The notes: generated from the sequence alone by a model not told the origin. A DNA stretch of 64,000 bases from an uncultured Eubacteriales bacterium (GCA_964505785.1 CAZDJZ010000003.1:168934-232933); one strand, 5' to 3'; positions 38,950 through 49,328 are shown, counted from the first letter of the stretch. Translations and numbers: made by a program.

Positions 38950-40383
38950 CTATTCTTCTTCATGAAAAATATGTGCTTCAAATATATACATCCCGGTTCC
39001 ATCTTTCCATGCCTCAGGGGGCAGGCCTGCTTTCAAGCATGCATGTGCAAGGAAAGTTTCCCGGGACCACTTATTTTGCACCGCCACCTGCGGCAGCAGC
39101 AAGCCTCTTTTCCCTTCTTTGGTAACGATAAGGCCATGGCGTCCGACTTGGATGAGAGCGGGGTCATCGATTTTAACCGGGGGGGTGAGAACGGAAATTT
39201 CCAGGACAATGTCGTCCAATTCTTCCTTTTTGACCGGCTGGAACCGGGTATCCCGGACCGCAGCCAAAACGGCGGCTTCCGCAACGCTTATATAAAGAGG
39301 CCGGCTTCCCTCAACAAATCCGAGGCACCCGCGCAGCCGGCCGTTTTTGTGAAGAGTGACAAAGGCCCCCTGGGGAGAATGAAGTTTCGGATTGTCACAT
39401 ACGGGCGTTACGAGGATTTCTTCCCGGATAAATTGGTTTAAGGCGGTTCGGGCGATTCTGAATAACTCCCGCCGGTCTTTTTCTGCAAACCCGGCTTTTC
39501 CTCCGGAATCATAAAAGACCGCAGCGGATAAGTATCCCACTGCCCGCGATGCCGGACCGCCGCCGGTAGTCGAGTCATCATATTCCAAAATTTTCATCTG
39601 ACAATTTTCTAAATCTTGAGCATACATCAGCGCCGCAGCCACACCTGCGCCTCCGCACATAATGTTTTCTTTTTTTTCCAGTTGCCGGATGAGACTGGAA
39701 ATCTTCCAATCCCGGATAAGCTCAATGGTTCTTTTATCCCGTTTCCTGGCGTTTTCCTGAGAGAGAAAGTGAGACATGTCCGTTGAAGCGATAACCAAAA
39801 TGTTCTTCTCCGCGGCGGCTTTACTCAATGCGGCGGCCAGACTGAAGATCTCCCTGCGGCCGGTTACACCCAGCACAACCGGGCAAATTTTGGCTCGGGG
39901 AATGCTTCTCTGAATAAAAGGAACCTGGGCTTCGATGGCGTGCTCTTTGGCATGCGCTTCCGGTATATACCTGTACCCTGTCCATTTGGACAGTCTTTCC
40001 GTTAATTCGGTATCAACCGGCAAAACCCCCAGGGGAGAACGGTAGCCTCCTTTCATGTAAATCGACCCACCTTTGAATCCATAATGATGACTCGGTGCAA
40101 TAACCACAACCGATTCATACTCTGTACCTTTTACCTGCCGGTAAGAAAAAGCAGCAACCCTCCCGGAATATACATAACCAGCGTGCGGGGCGATCAAGAC
40201 AGCCGGTTTTTTGCCGGGTATGGATGCCTTTCCGCCATCCATCCATGCCGCAAGCATAGCGGACAACTGTTCCCGGGATTCGGGATAGAATTGCCCAGCC
40301 CAGACGGGATCACGGATCCCCTGAGCAAAAACCCACCCCGCTGTCATCATACTTATCACAAACCAAACAGAGAGTTTTCGCAT
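38950..40383 (-). CDS. AmmeMemoRadiSam protein B (Memo) + protein A (AMMECR1) fusion
   Basis: AGQFYP, PHAGYVYSG, EHAIE, STDMSH, MCG, then LRGCLG, LLLPQV, KAGL; start at MRKLSV gives a signal peptide. Confidence 0.88.
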   Translation of the reverse strand: MRKLSVWFVISMMTAGWVFAQGIRDPVWAGQFYPESREQLSAMLAAWMDGGKASIPGKKPAVLIAPHAGYVYSGRVAAFSYRQVKGTEYESVVVIAPSHHYGFKGGSIYMKGGYRSPLGVLPVDTELTERLSKWTGYRYIPEAHAKEHAIEAQVPFIQRSIPRAKICPVVLGVTGRREIFSLAAALSKAAAEKNILVIASTDMSHFLSQENARKRDKRTIELIRDWKISSLIRQLEKKENIMCGGAGVAAALMYAQDLENCQMKILEYDDSTTGGGPASRAVGYLSAAVFYDSGGKAGFAEKDRRELFRIARTALNQFIREEILVTPVCDNPKLHSPQGAFVTLHKNGRLRGCLGFVEGSRPLYISVAEAAVLAAVRDTRFQPVKKEELDDIVLEISVLTPPVKIDDPALIQVGRHGLIVTKEGKRGLLLPQVAVQNKWSRETFLAHACLKAGLPPEAWKDGTGMYIFEAHIFHEEE

Positions 40384-40574
40384 CTTCCTTCCTGTTTTCA
40401 GTGTAGAAAGAATTCCCCAAAAAATCAATTCCTTTCGGCCCCTCTCATCCTCCCGGAGAGGATGGACATAATACTCTGTTCCTTGTTGAGATTTTATATA
40501 TCCGGATGACATGACAACTGGCGAACCGGGGTCTGGTTTGGTATAATAAAAGATTATTTTTTGGAGGAAATACA

Positions 40575-40865
40575 ATGCCTATATATGAATACAAGTGCCG
40601 TCTCTGCGGAGAAGTTTGCGAACTTTTACAAAAAGTTGGAGACCCTTCACCAAAGAGTTGTCCGGCCTGCGGCGGGCCTCTTGAAAAACTTATTTCCAGC
40701 TCGGCCATTCAGTTTAAAGGAAACGGGTGGTATATTACAGATTACGCCAGGAAAAATTCTGCGCCGGCTGAAAGCCAAAAGCCGTCCAACAATGATAAAA
40801 AAGAGACTCAAGCCCAAAAAAAGAAAGAACCCGCTGTGAAGCAGCCCGCATCTAAAACCGGATAA
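40575..40865 (+). CDS. FmdB-family zinc-ribbon protein
   Basis: MPIYEYKC..C, CPAC, FKGNGWYITDY; GGAGG RBS. Confidence 0.9.
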   Translation: MPIYEYKCRLCGEVCELLQKVGDPSPKSCPACGGPLEKLISSSAIQFKGNGWYITDYARKNSAPAESQKPSNNDKKETQAQKKKEPAVKQPASKTG

Positions 40866-40866
40866 A

Positions 40867-41865
40867 ATGAAACTGCTTGTTCATGCGCCGAATTGGGTCG
40901 GGGATGCCGTTCTGGCGCTCCCTGCTATTCGCGGCTTGGCTGCCGGAAACCCGGATAATGAAATTTGGATCGCCGCCCGCGATTGGGTGCGGGATGTCTA
41001 TGCAGGGGAAGAATTCATCACGGGTACGGTTTCTCTCCCCCGGCCTATAACGCTTCGTAATTTCCACGGAGCTGCTGCTGAGATCCGAAAGCATTCATTT
41101 GACTGCGGCGTTCTGCTGACAAATTCTTTCGGATCCGCTCTCCTCTTTGCCCTAGCCCGAATTCCGTCCCGGTGGGGATATTCACGAAACGGCCGCCGTT
41201 TTCTTCTGACCCGTTCCGTTCCTTTTCCGCCTCCGCAGCCCCGGCGCCATCAATTGGAATTCTACCGGGATTTCACCTCTGCCCTGGGTTTTCCTTCTCC
41301 ATCTTCTGATCTTCATTTGACCGTTCACCCGGAGGAAAAAGTGCAGGCCCGGAGGTTTTTATCACAGCGTGGAATCGACTGGGAAAAGCCGATAGTTATC
41401 CTCAACCCGGGAGCTTATTATGGTCCGGCCAAACGATGGCCTCCTGAATATTATGCCCGTTTGTCTGATCGGCTCCAAACAAAAGCTCAGGTTGTGGTGA
41501 CAGGATCAGCGGCGGAAAAACCGCTGGCTGAGGAAATCCGGGACAGCATGAGCCAGCCTCCGGTTGTCATAACCGGAGAGACGGATATTCGCAGCTTGGC
41601 AGGAATTTTAAGCCTGGCTGATCTTTGCATAAGTAACGATTCAGGCCCTATGCACCTGGCTAACGCCGTAAAAACCCCTGTTGTAGCCCTCTTCGGACCG
41701 ACTGATCCTGAAGTTACCCGGCCTTTTCAGCCCCCGTCCCGCTTTATTCAAAAAAAATCCGTCTGCTGGCCCTGTTCTTACCGGGATTGCCCCTTTGATC
41801 ACCGCTGTATGAATGCCGTTTCTCCGGATGAGGTCTTTCAGCTCTGCCTGGAGTTTTTGAGATGA
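40867..41865 (+). CDS. waaF: LPS heptosyltransferase II (GT9)
   Basis: PNWVGDAV, PGAYYGPAKRWP, NDSGPMH, LFGPT. Confidence 0.9.
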   Translation: MKLLVHAPNWVGDAVLALPAIRGLAAGNPDNEIWIAARDWVRDVYAGEEFITGTVSLPRPITLRNFHGAAAEIRKHSFDCGVLLTNSFGSALLFALARIPSRWGYSRNGRRFLLTRSVPFPPPQPRRHQLEFYRDFTSALGFPSPSSDLHLTVHPEEKVQARRFLSQRGIDWEKPIVILNPGAYYGPAKRWPPEYYARLSDRLQTKAQVVVTGSAAEKPLAEEIRDSMSQPPVVITGETDIRSLAGILSLADLCISNDSGPMHLANAVKTPVVALFGPTDPEVTRPFQPPSRFIQKKSVCWPCSYRDCPFDHRCMNAVSPDEVFQLCLEFLR

Positions 41866-42440
41866 AAAAGAAAGCCGTCTTCTTAGACCGCGATGGAAAC
41901 ATAAACCGCGATGTGGGATATCCCGGATCCTATGATCTTATTCAAATTTATCCTTTCAGCTATGAAGCGGTACGTAAAATCAACCGAGCCGGAATGCTGG
42001 CCGTTGTGGTCACCAATCAATCCGGAATCGGAAGGGGTTTGATCGAGGAGAGGGGCCTTCAATCCATGCATGCAAAAATGCGCCGGGACTTTATCCGCCG
42101 AAACGCCCGGCTGGACGCGATATATTATTGCCCCCACTACATAAAATCAAAAATTCCCCGATACCGGCTCGACTGCTCCTGCCGCAAACCTAAACCCGGC
42201 ATGGGGCTGAAGGCTGCCTCCGAACTGGATATTGACCTTTCCGGCTCTTATATGATCGGAGATAAAGTGGAAGACATGGAATTCGGATGGAATATTCAGG
42301 CAACGCCGGTGCTGGTGCTGACCGGTTACGGGGAAAAATCACGGAAACACTTCGAATCCGCCCCGGTCCGGCCGCCCTATACTGCACAAAATTTACTGGA
42401 TGCGGTAAACTGGATAATGGAAAAAGAGTCCGGAAAGTAA
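41862..42440 (+). CDS. gmhB: Heptose 1,7-bisphosphate phosphatase
   Basis: FLDRDG, TNQSGIGRG, CPH, CRKPKPG, IGDK. Confidence 0.9.
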   Translation: MKKKAVFLDRDGNINRDVGYPGSYDLIQIYPFSYEAVRKINRAGMLAVVVTNQSGIGRGLIEERGLQSMHAKMRRDFIRRNARLDAIYYCPHYIKSKIPRYRLDCSCRKPKPGMGLKAASELDIDLSGSYMIGDKVEDMEFGWNIQATPVLVLTGYGEKSRKHFESAPVRPPYTAQNLLDAVNWIMEKESGK

Positions 42441-42465
42441 TCCCCCTGGGATCACCTCCGCTGGA

Positions 42466-44637
42466 ATGACCATCAGCAAAATGATTCGATTTAATGATAT
42501 CCTTGAAAAAGTTTCCCGCTGGTATACGGAAAAAGACCTGGTCCCTCTTCAAAAGGCATATGTGTTTGCAGCCCAAGCTCACAAAGGACAGGTCCGCCGC
42601 AGCGGTGAGCCTTATCTCAGCCATCCCTTGGAAGTCGCCCATCTGCTGGCTGACATGAAGATGGATGCCATCACTTTATCCGCCGGGCTTTTACACGACG
42701 TCCTGGAAGATACCGACGTAACCGCTCCCGAACTTAATGAAATGTTCGGAAAGGACATAACTCACTTAGTGGAAGGAGTCACTAAAATCGGCTTAATTGA
42801 AGAATCATCCCCTGAAACGCGCCATGCGGAAACTATCCGGAAAATCATTCTCGCCATGACCGATGACCTGCGGGTCATCTTTATCAAGCTGGCCGACAGG
42901 ATCCATAATCTTCAGACTTTAAAATATCTTCCTGAAAACAAACAGCAGCAGATTGCCCGTGAAACTCTGGATATCTACGCTCCAATCGCCAACCGATTAG
43001 GAATGGGAAAGATCAAGGCGGAACTGGAAGATCTTTCCTTTAAATATGTCGACCCGGAAAATCATTATAAAATCCTCTCCCAAGCAGAGCCCAGGAAAAA
43101 AGATTCTGAAAAAGAGCTAAGACGAATAAGAAAAACCCTCATAGACCTGCTGCAGGAAAACCACATTCCTGCAAAAATTTACAGCCGCATCAAACGGCCC
43201 TACAGTATTTATTCAAAGATACAGCGCCAGCATATTGAATTCGATCAGGTCTATGATTTTATGGCTCTACGGCTCATAACGGATTCCGTAAAGAACTGTT
43301 ATGCCGCCCTGGGGATTATTCATCAAAAATGGACTCATTTGCCTTACCGTTTCCATGACTTTATTTCCATGCCGAAACCGAATCTTTACCAGGCTCTGCA
43401 TACGACTATCCTGACTGAAAAAAAGATGATGATGGAAATCCAGATCCGAACCCAGGATATGCACAATCTGGCCCAAAACGGAATAGCGGCCCATTGGAAA
43501 TACAAAGAGCCCGATTCGCAATCCATGATCAAGGAAGACAAGCGGCTGCAATGGCTCCGGGAAATGGTGGATCTTTATAAAGAACAAAAAAGCCCCCGGG
43601 AATTTTTGAATAATCTAAAAACCAATCTTATTCCGGAAGAAGTCTATGTTTTCACACCTAAAGGTAAGGTTGTCACCCTTCCTATGGGAGCCACAGCCCT
43701 TGATTTCGCATTTAAAATTCATTCCGAAATCGGACTGCATGCCGCTGAGGCTAAAATCGACGGCCGCAACATGTCTCTTAAAACAATCCTTAAACCGGGA
43801 AATATTGTGACCATCATAACGGCGGACAGTAAAACACCCTCGAGGGATTGGCTTAATGCCGCCTTTACATCCAAGGCCCGGCACCACATCAAGCGGTGGC
43901 TGAACCGGCAGGAAAAAAAGAAAAATAAAGCCGTCGGTAAAAAAATATGGGAAAGAAAACTGACACAATATAAGATCCATCCAAGCTCCGTAAAGAAAAA
44001 AGACCTGCTGAAACAAATTAACCGGCATGCGGAAGCGGGCGTATCATCCATGGATGACTTCTATATTAAGTTAGGGATCGGCAAAATTACACTTCAAAAA
44101 AAACTCATGGAGCGTCTTTTTTTTGAGGAAAAAGACACCCCGCAGCGCAGGCAGACATTAATCAATAAAGTGGTCTCCAGGGTTTCCCGCAGACCGGACT
44201 CCGGTATCAAAGTCAAAGAAACACCGGGCTCAAACTTAAAAATGGGTAAATGCTGCCAGCCGATTAAGGGAGAGCCCATCATCGGGTATATCACCCATGG
44301 AAAGGGAATAACGATTCATGCACAGCGCTGTCCCTTTGTGAAAAGGGAGCTTCTCTCTCCGGATAGAATGGTTGACGCCGAATGGGAAGGGGAAGGAAAA
44401 ACGAATTACCAGGCCCGGCTTCTTATCCAGGCAGCAGACTCGCCGGGATTATTGGCCCGTTTGTCCAGCGCAATTGCAGAAACAGGAGGCAATATCAGCC
44501 GGGCCAACCTGGAAACCCTTGCCGGGGAAAAATCACGGATCAAACTAACCATAAATGTCAGGGATATCAAACACCTGTCACGTATTATGAAAAGCATTTC
44601 ATCCATCAGCGGATTGAGCTCCGTCGAGCGCCTCTGA
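42466..44637 (+). CDS. relA: Bifunctional (p)ppGpp synthetase/hydrolase (long RSH)
   Basis: LLHDVLED, KLADRIHN, EIQIRT, TGS domain, CCQP, ACT domain. Confidence 0.95.
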   Translation: MTISKMIRFNDILEKVSRWYTEKDLVPLQKAYVFAAQAHKGQVRRSGEPYLSHPLEVAHLLADMKMDAITLSAGLLHDVLEDTDVTAPELNEMFGKDITHLVEGVTKIGLIEESSPETRHAETIRKIILAMTDDLRVIFIKLADRIHNLQTLKYLPENKQQQIARETLDIYAPIANRLGMGKIKAELEDLSFKYVDPENHYKILSQAEPRKKDSEKELRRIRKTLIDLLQENHIPAKIYSRIKRPYSIYSKIQRQHIEFDQVYDFMALRLITDSVKNCYAALGIIHQKWTHLPYRFHDFISMPKPNLYQALHTTILTEKKMMMEIQIRTQDMHNLAQNGIAAHWKYKEPDSQSMIKEDKRLQWLREMVDLYKEQKSPREFLNNLKTNLIPEEVYVFTPKGKVVTLPMGATALDFAFKIHSEIGLHAAEAKIDGRNMSLKTILKPGNIVTIITADSKTPSRDWLNAAFTSKARHHIKRWLNRQEKKKNKAVGKKIWERKLTQYKIHPSSVKKKDLLKQINRHAEAGVSSMDDFYIKLGIGKITLQKKLMERLFFEEKDTPQRRQTLINKVVSRVSRRPDSGIKVKETPGSNLKMGKCCQPIKGEPIIGYITHGKGITIHAQRCPFVKRELLSPDRMVDAEWEGEGKTNYQARLLIQAADSPGLLARLSSAIAETGGNISRANLETLAGEKSRIKLTINVRDIKHLSRIMKSISSISGLSSVERL

Positions 44638-44765
44638 ATAAGCCGGACGCGTTATTTTCACGGCATGCGGGTCCAGCTGAAGCGGCTTTAAAGATTCAGC
44701 CTTCCGAGGGCCGAGATTGAGGGATCCCGGCGAAGCCGGGCGCTAAGCATGTTTGATCCAGAGAG

Positions 44766-44957
44766 CTAGAGGACTTTATTTACTTTCCCGCTGCGGATGC
44801 ACTGAACACATACCCATGCTTTCCGCGGACCGGTATCCGTTTCAATTTTAATCCGCTGCAGATTAGGATTCCATTTTTTCTTGGATGCTTTATGGCTATG
44901 ACTCACACTATGTCCGAACATCGGACCTTTTCCGCATTTCTCACAAACTTTAGGCAT
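44766..44957 (-). CDS. rpmB: 50S ribosomal protein L28
   Basis: CEKCGK, VSHSH, WNPNLQ, CVQCIRS. Confidence 0.93.
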   Translation of the reverse strand: MPKVCEKCGKGPMFGHSVSHSHKASKKKWNPNLQRIKIETDTGPRKAWVCVQCIRSGKVNKVL

Positions 44958-45082
44958 TTCAAACTCTCCGCTCAGTCACTTTTGAAAAAACTTTATACCA
45001 TAAATCCATATAAATTCCAACCCGGACAAAAATCCTTCCTTCGGGATGTCAATCCATTAAGACATCTGTCCTTTATTCAGAA

Positions 45083-45183
45083 CATCCTGAGGCCCGCAGG
45101 GCAGGCCATGAGGACCTTGTTCCGCCGCTTCGAAGGCCTCATGATGACTCTGGCGGGTCATTTTCAAACGAATAAGCCATGGT
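45083..45183 (-). repeat. REP-like palindrome plus terminus
   Basis: Reverse complement TTATTCGTTTGAAAATGACCCG...GTCATCATGAG...AAGGTCCTCATGGCCTG...CTCAGGATG matches 19790-19884. Confidence 0.75.
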
Positions 45184-45192
45184 TAAGCAAAA

Positions 45193-45208
45193 TGGTATGA
45201 AAATTGCT
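45193..45208 (+). promoter_or_regulatory. Sigma54-type -24/-12 promoter candidate
   Basis: TGGTATGAAAATTGCT (GG-N10-GC). Confidence 0.5.
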
Positions 45209-45339
45209 ATAATGTGAAGGTGGATAATTTTCCCGAGAGACAGATCCCTCTTGATGAAAGCAGTCATAGATGTATGGAAAGAGGGCCCTCTTGACGGATT
45301 TTAGGAAAAAACGTAGTTTAGGCTGAGGAAGGTGGATTC

Positions 45340-45717
45340 ATGAAAAATAAAATTATTTGGGTTTGGTTCATCGTTTTAACAGCTTCTTTTTTTCTACCTC
45401 ACTGTGCCTCACGAAATACTCTTTCGCAAATGACTTTCGGTGTAGAGGCCGCAGAAAAACAGTTATGGGACGAAGCTATATTCCGGTGGAAAAAGGTGCT
45501 CGAAGCTTCACCTCGCTCGGCTGCAGCGCACAACAACCTGGCTGTCGCTTATGAAAAAAAGAACAGATGGGAGGACGCCCGGCGCGAATATCAGCTGGCC
45601 TTAAATATTGATCCGGATAATGAGTTAATTCAAAGCAATTTTAAAAATTTTCAATCCAATCATTCCATGCTGAATGATGAAGAAAAGGGAAAAAATGAAA
45701 ACAATAAAAAGAAATAA
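45340..45717 (+). CDS. Exported TPR protein
   Basis: Hydrophobic N-terminus with Cys; AAAHNNLAVAYE...ARREYQLALNIDP. Confidence 0.8.
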   Translation: MKNKIIWVWFIVLTASFFLPHCASRNTLSQMTFGVEAAEKQLWDEAIFRWKKVLEASPRSAAAHNNLAVAYEKKNRWEDARREYQLALNIDPDNELIQSNFKNFQSNHSMLNDEEKGKNENNKKK

Positions 45718-46363
45718 ATGGTTTTTATTCTTCCTGCTGATCCCATTCATTGCGGCCTGCAGTGGAAATTCATATACAAAGCTCAGAATAGAGCTTCCCC
45801 GCCCGGTATCCATCGATATGAATGTGTATCAGGAAATCGTTATTACTGACTTCATCATCAAAGATGAAGAGCCTGCCTTTGATCTCAACCTGGAGCTTAT
45901 TGATTACTTTTCCGAAGAATTCCGGGTCCAAACGCAAAAAAACATACAATACCTAGAGGAGAATTCCCTTGCAGAACAAAATCTCAAGGATCCGGATTTC
46001 TGGAAAAAATTTCATATTAATGAAAAGAAACGGTTGGTCATGACCGGCACGGCCTCCTACCAAGCGGAAACGCGAAAAGCCCTTATAGGGAAAGACAATC
46101 GTCAATTTGAAAATCCTTTCCCCGAGCAAAGAAAATTGATGGAAAAAAAATTCTTCAACATAAAGCTCAATCTCTATTTTATTGACCCGGAGACCGGAGA
46201 GATTCTTTATCAGCCGAAATTTGATGAAAAAAACGCTCTTCCCAATCCTAAACAAAGCGGCGAATTCGCCTTTTATGACCTCATTATTCAAATCAAAGAC
46301 AAACTATTCCGCCGGCTTTTCGGCCTCGAAAGAATCCAAGAGCGGTATCTCATAATAAAGTGA
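45695..46363 (+). CDS. Hypothetical lipoprotein
   Basis: Lipobox IAAC; overlaps the TPR gene. Confidence 0.7.
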   Translation: MKTIKRNKWFLFFLLIPFIAACSGNSYTKLRIELPRPVSIDMNVYQEIVITDFIIKDEEPAFDLNLELIDYFSEEFRVQTQKNIQYLEENSLAEQNLKDPDFWKKFHINEKKRLVMTGTASYQAETRKALIGKDNRQFENPFPEQRKLMEKKFFNIKLNLYFIDPETGEILYQPKFDEKNALPNPKQSGEFAFYDLIIQIKDKLFRRLFGLERIQERYLIIK

Positions 46364-46373
46364 GGAGTCCCTT

Positions 46374-49328
46374 ATGAAAAAATATATAATTCCCGTATCC
46401 TTTCTGGCTATTCTGTTCATTCTGGCCGGCCAGGCTGCAGCACAGTTTATTTACTTTCCTTATTATGGAAAAAATAAGGTTATTTACAATAATTTTGAAT
46501 GGGAAAGATATCCGACTGAACACTTCGATATCTATTTCTACACTAAAGACACGGAGATGCTGAAAAAAATCGCCTCTTTTTCGGAAAGCGCGTATCAGAG
46601 GCTAAGCAGTAACGTTAAGCACCATTTATCCGCCAAAGTTCCCATCCTTTATTACCGCACCGTGACCGATTTTCAGCAAACCAATTTGTTTAATATTCCT
46701 TCAGACAGCATTCTTGGAGTCGCGGAACCCCTGCTCTACCGGGTGGCGATACATGGAGATATGCCTGAAGATGAACTGCAGAATTTGGTCGAACACGAAC
46801 TCACGCATATTTTTGAATATGATCTTTTATGGGGAAGCCCCGGCGGGGCGGTTTATGCCGTAAGTTCTCCTCCTTTATGGGTTATGGAGGGTTTTTCCGA
46901 ATACAACACGGGAGAATGGTCTTCCTGGTCAGACTTGATTGTCAGAGACACTGTCCTTAATGACCGCATTCCTGAAATGTCCCAGCGCGGCTCCCTGATA
47001 TCCCGGTACCCGGCCCCACGCCCTCCCGCTTACGACTTCGGCCACGCTATCTATGAATTTATTGAACATAAATACGGCAAAAACGGCATTAAAGAATTTT
47101 GGGAAACAATGAAAAACTCGCCGTCCTTCGGATCATCTAATCCCATAAAGAAAGCTTTTGGCCTGGAAGCAAAAGAATTCAACCATGAATTTAAAAAATT
47201 CATCCGGGCCCGGTTTAAGCCCTTTTTTTTAAGGGATAACCCTGAAGATTACAGCTTCATCATAGGACCTGAATATCCCATGAATGAGTATTATTTCACC
47301 TTCTCCCACACCCTCTCCCCCTCCGGCGATTTAGTGGCGGCCGTGACCTTTAATGTCCGAGACGGAGAGATGGATATTGTTTTGATTTCTTTGGAAGACG
47401 GAAAGGTTTGGAAAAACCTCACCACGGGATATACATTAAAATACAGCGATATCAAATATGAAATCGAACCTTCCATGGGCAGGGATGTTGCCTGGTCCTC
47501 TGATGGAGACCACATCGCTTTTTTCGGCCGTACCGGTGAAAAACACAGCTTGTTTCTCTTAGATATCGTCCATGGCGGAATTGAAGAAAGAATTCCTATT
47601 CCTTTTGACCAACCCACCTCACCATGGTTCACGGATCAAAACAGCGCCATGATATTTACCGCCTTTGATAAAGGCTATCATGATATTTTTAAAATCAATC
47701 TGGAAACCCGGGAAATTCAGAACCTGACGCAAAACGATCTTTTCGAAAAAGCTCCGCATGTTTCTCCTGACGGACGCTGGATTGCCTACACACTCCGGGT
47801 TGACTCGGAAGATAAAATATTCCTGTCCCCTGCCGATAATCTTAAGGAAAAAAAACAGGTGACTTTTGGGAAAGGGAACACCATTACTCCGCATTTCTCT
47901 AATGATTCCAGTCTAATCTATTTTTCCGGAGACAGCCGCGACGCCTATAATATCTATTCGGTAAACCTGGAAAACGGAGAAATTAAACGATATACCGACG
48001 TGCGGACAGGTAATTTTTTTCCAGTTCCGGTTCCCGGTGAAGATCATACTCTTCTTTTTTCTTCATTTAATAAGGGGGCGTTTCAAATGTTTAAAAGCCG
48101 GATGGAGGGAGAAAAGGAAAGATCAGTCACTTTTGTTGAAAATATTCAAGAAGACGAATTCAAGCTCTTCCAGCCGATTGTCACAGTGGATGTGGATGAA
48201 AATAAGATTGAGCCTTATAAAGGAATTAAAGAGCTGTATCTGGAGGGAAAGCCCCCGATTGATACTATTGTCTCGACGGACGGTTCTATTTATGGAGGAT
48301 CCGCTATTTCTTTTTCTGATTTATTCCGCGATCATACGTTTACCCTCATGGCTTATCAAGTCCAAAGCTTCCGTTCTTACTATTTCTCTTACCTCAACCA
48401 AAAGAACCGCTTTCAGTATCAGGCAAGCGCTTTCCAATACACCATGTATTATTATCCCAGCTTCGCCTATTACAACCCCTCCCTCTTTTACCGCCTGAAC
48501 TACCGTGACGCCCTGGCGACCCGGACAATTTCAGGCACCAGTATCGCCGCTTATTACCCGTTTAATCTTTACTACCGGCTTCAAGGTTCTGTCGGATTCT
48601 ACCGTTATGAAGAAGAATTCTATAATGCCTTTCTAATCCGGCAGGCTTCAGCCAGGGAAAATTCCGTTTATGATTATTTTTGGAACGGAAATTCCGTTTC
48701 AATGTCTGCAAACCTTGTAGGAGAAACCACAAAATTTAATTATTACGGCCCCTCCCGGGGCGGTACTTTCCGACTGGGCATCACCCAGGCAATTCCTTTT
48801 GGGGACAGCTTCATTTCCAATACCAATGCCGACCTCGATTACCGTAAATATTTCTATTTCGGGGCCGATTCCCTCCTTGCCTTCCGTTTCAACGGATTCG
48901 CCAGTTGGGGGAAAAATCCCTATCTAAATTATTACGGCGGAAACAACGAGGTTCGCTCCGCATATTATTACAGTCTTGTCGGAACAGAAGGCTGGTTTGC
49001 AAACCTGGAATTCCGTTTTCCTTTAATTAACGCCGCTTCGACTCTGATCGGTCAAATCGGTCCTGTCCGGGGCACTTTGTTTTTTGATATCACCCGAAAA
49101 AAACTAAAAGGATATCCGGCGGAAATTTCAGTGATGGAAGATGACGGCATTGTTCGTAATTATGAAGCACTTGGCTCAATCGGTTATGGATTTGAATTTT
49201 TCTTTCTGGGCTTTCCCATTCATCTGGAATTTGTCAAAGGATTGTCTTGGCCTAATTTCTCTGATCCTTTTGACTATAGTGTTCGAACGGACTGGATGAC
49301 TAAATTCTGGATTGGCTTTGATTTTTAG
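46374..49328 (+). CDS. Omp85/BamA-like outer-membrane protein with N-terminal gluzincin (MA-like) domain and TolB/PD40 propeller
   Basis: Signal peptide; HELTH + EGFSEY; repeated SPSGD/WSSDG/SPDG; beta-barrel ending FWIGFDF. Confidence 0.8.
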   Translation: MKKYIIPVSFLAILFILAGQAAAQFIYFPYYGKNKVIYNNFEWERYPTEHFDIYFYTKDTEMLKKIASFSESAYQRLSSNVKHHLSAKVPILYYRTVTDFQQTNLFNIPSDSILGVAEPLLYRVAIHGDMPEDELQNLVEHELTHIFEYDLLWGSPGGAVYAVSSPPLWVMEGFSEYNTGEWSSWSDLIVRDTVLNDRIPEMSQRGSLISRYPAPRPPAYDFGHAIYEFIEHKYGKNGIKEFWETMKNSPSFGSSNPIKKAFGLEAKEFNHEFKKFIRARFKPFFLRDNPEDYSFIIGPEYPMNEYYFTFSHTLSPSGDLVAAVTFNVRDGEMDIVLISLEDGKVWKNLTTGYTLKYSDIKYEIEPSMGRDVAWSSDGDHIAFFGRTGEKHSLFLLDIVHGGIEERIPIPFDQPTSPWFTDQNSAMIFTAFDKGYHDIFKINLETREIQNLTQNDLFEKAPHVSPDGRWIAYTLRVDSEDKIFLSPADNLKEKKQVTFGKGNTITPHFSNDSSLIYFSGDSRDAYNIYSVNLENGEIKRYTDVRTGNFFPVPVPGEDHTLLFSSFNKGAFQMFKSRMEGEKERSVTFVENIQEDEFKLFQPIVTVDVDENKIEPYKGIKELYLEGKPPIDTIVSTDGSIYGGSAISFSDLFRDHTFTLMAYQVQSFRSYYFSYLNQKNRFQYQASAFQYTMYYYPSFAYYNPSLFYRLNYRDALATRTISGTSIAAYYPFNLYYRLQGSVGFYRYEEEFYNAFLIRQASARENSVYDYFWNGNSVSMSANLVGETTKFNYYGPSRGGTFRLGITQAIPFGDSFISNTNADLDYRKYFYFGADSLLAFRFNGFASWGKNPYLNYYGGNNEVRSAYYYSLVGTEGWFANLEFRFPLINAASTLIGQIGPVRGTLFFDITRKKLKGYPAEISVMEDDGIVRNYEALGSIGYGFEFFFLGFPIHLEFVKGLSWPNFSDPFDYSVRTDWMTKFWIGFDF

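Noticed and set aside
40384-40575. 64-aa N-terminal extension of the Memo-AMMECR1 ORF
   Set aside because: It spans the divergent promoter region and has no recognisable domain content.
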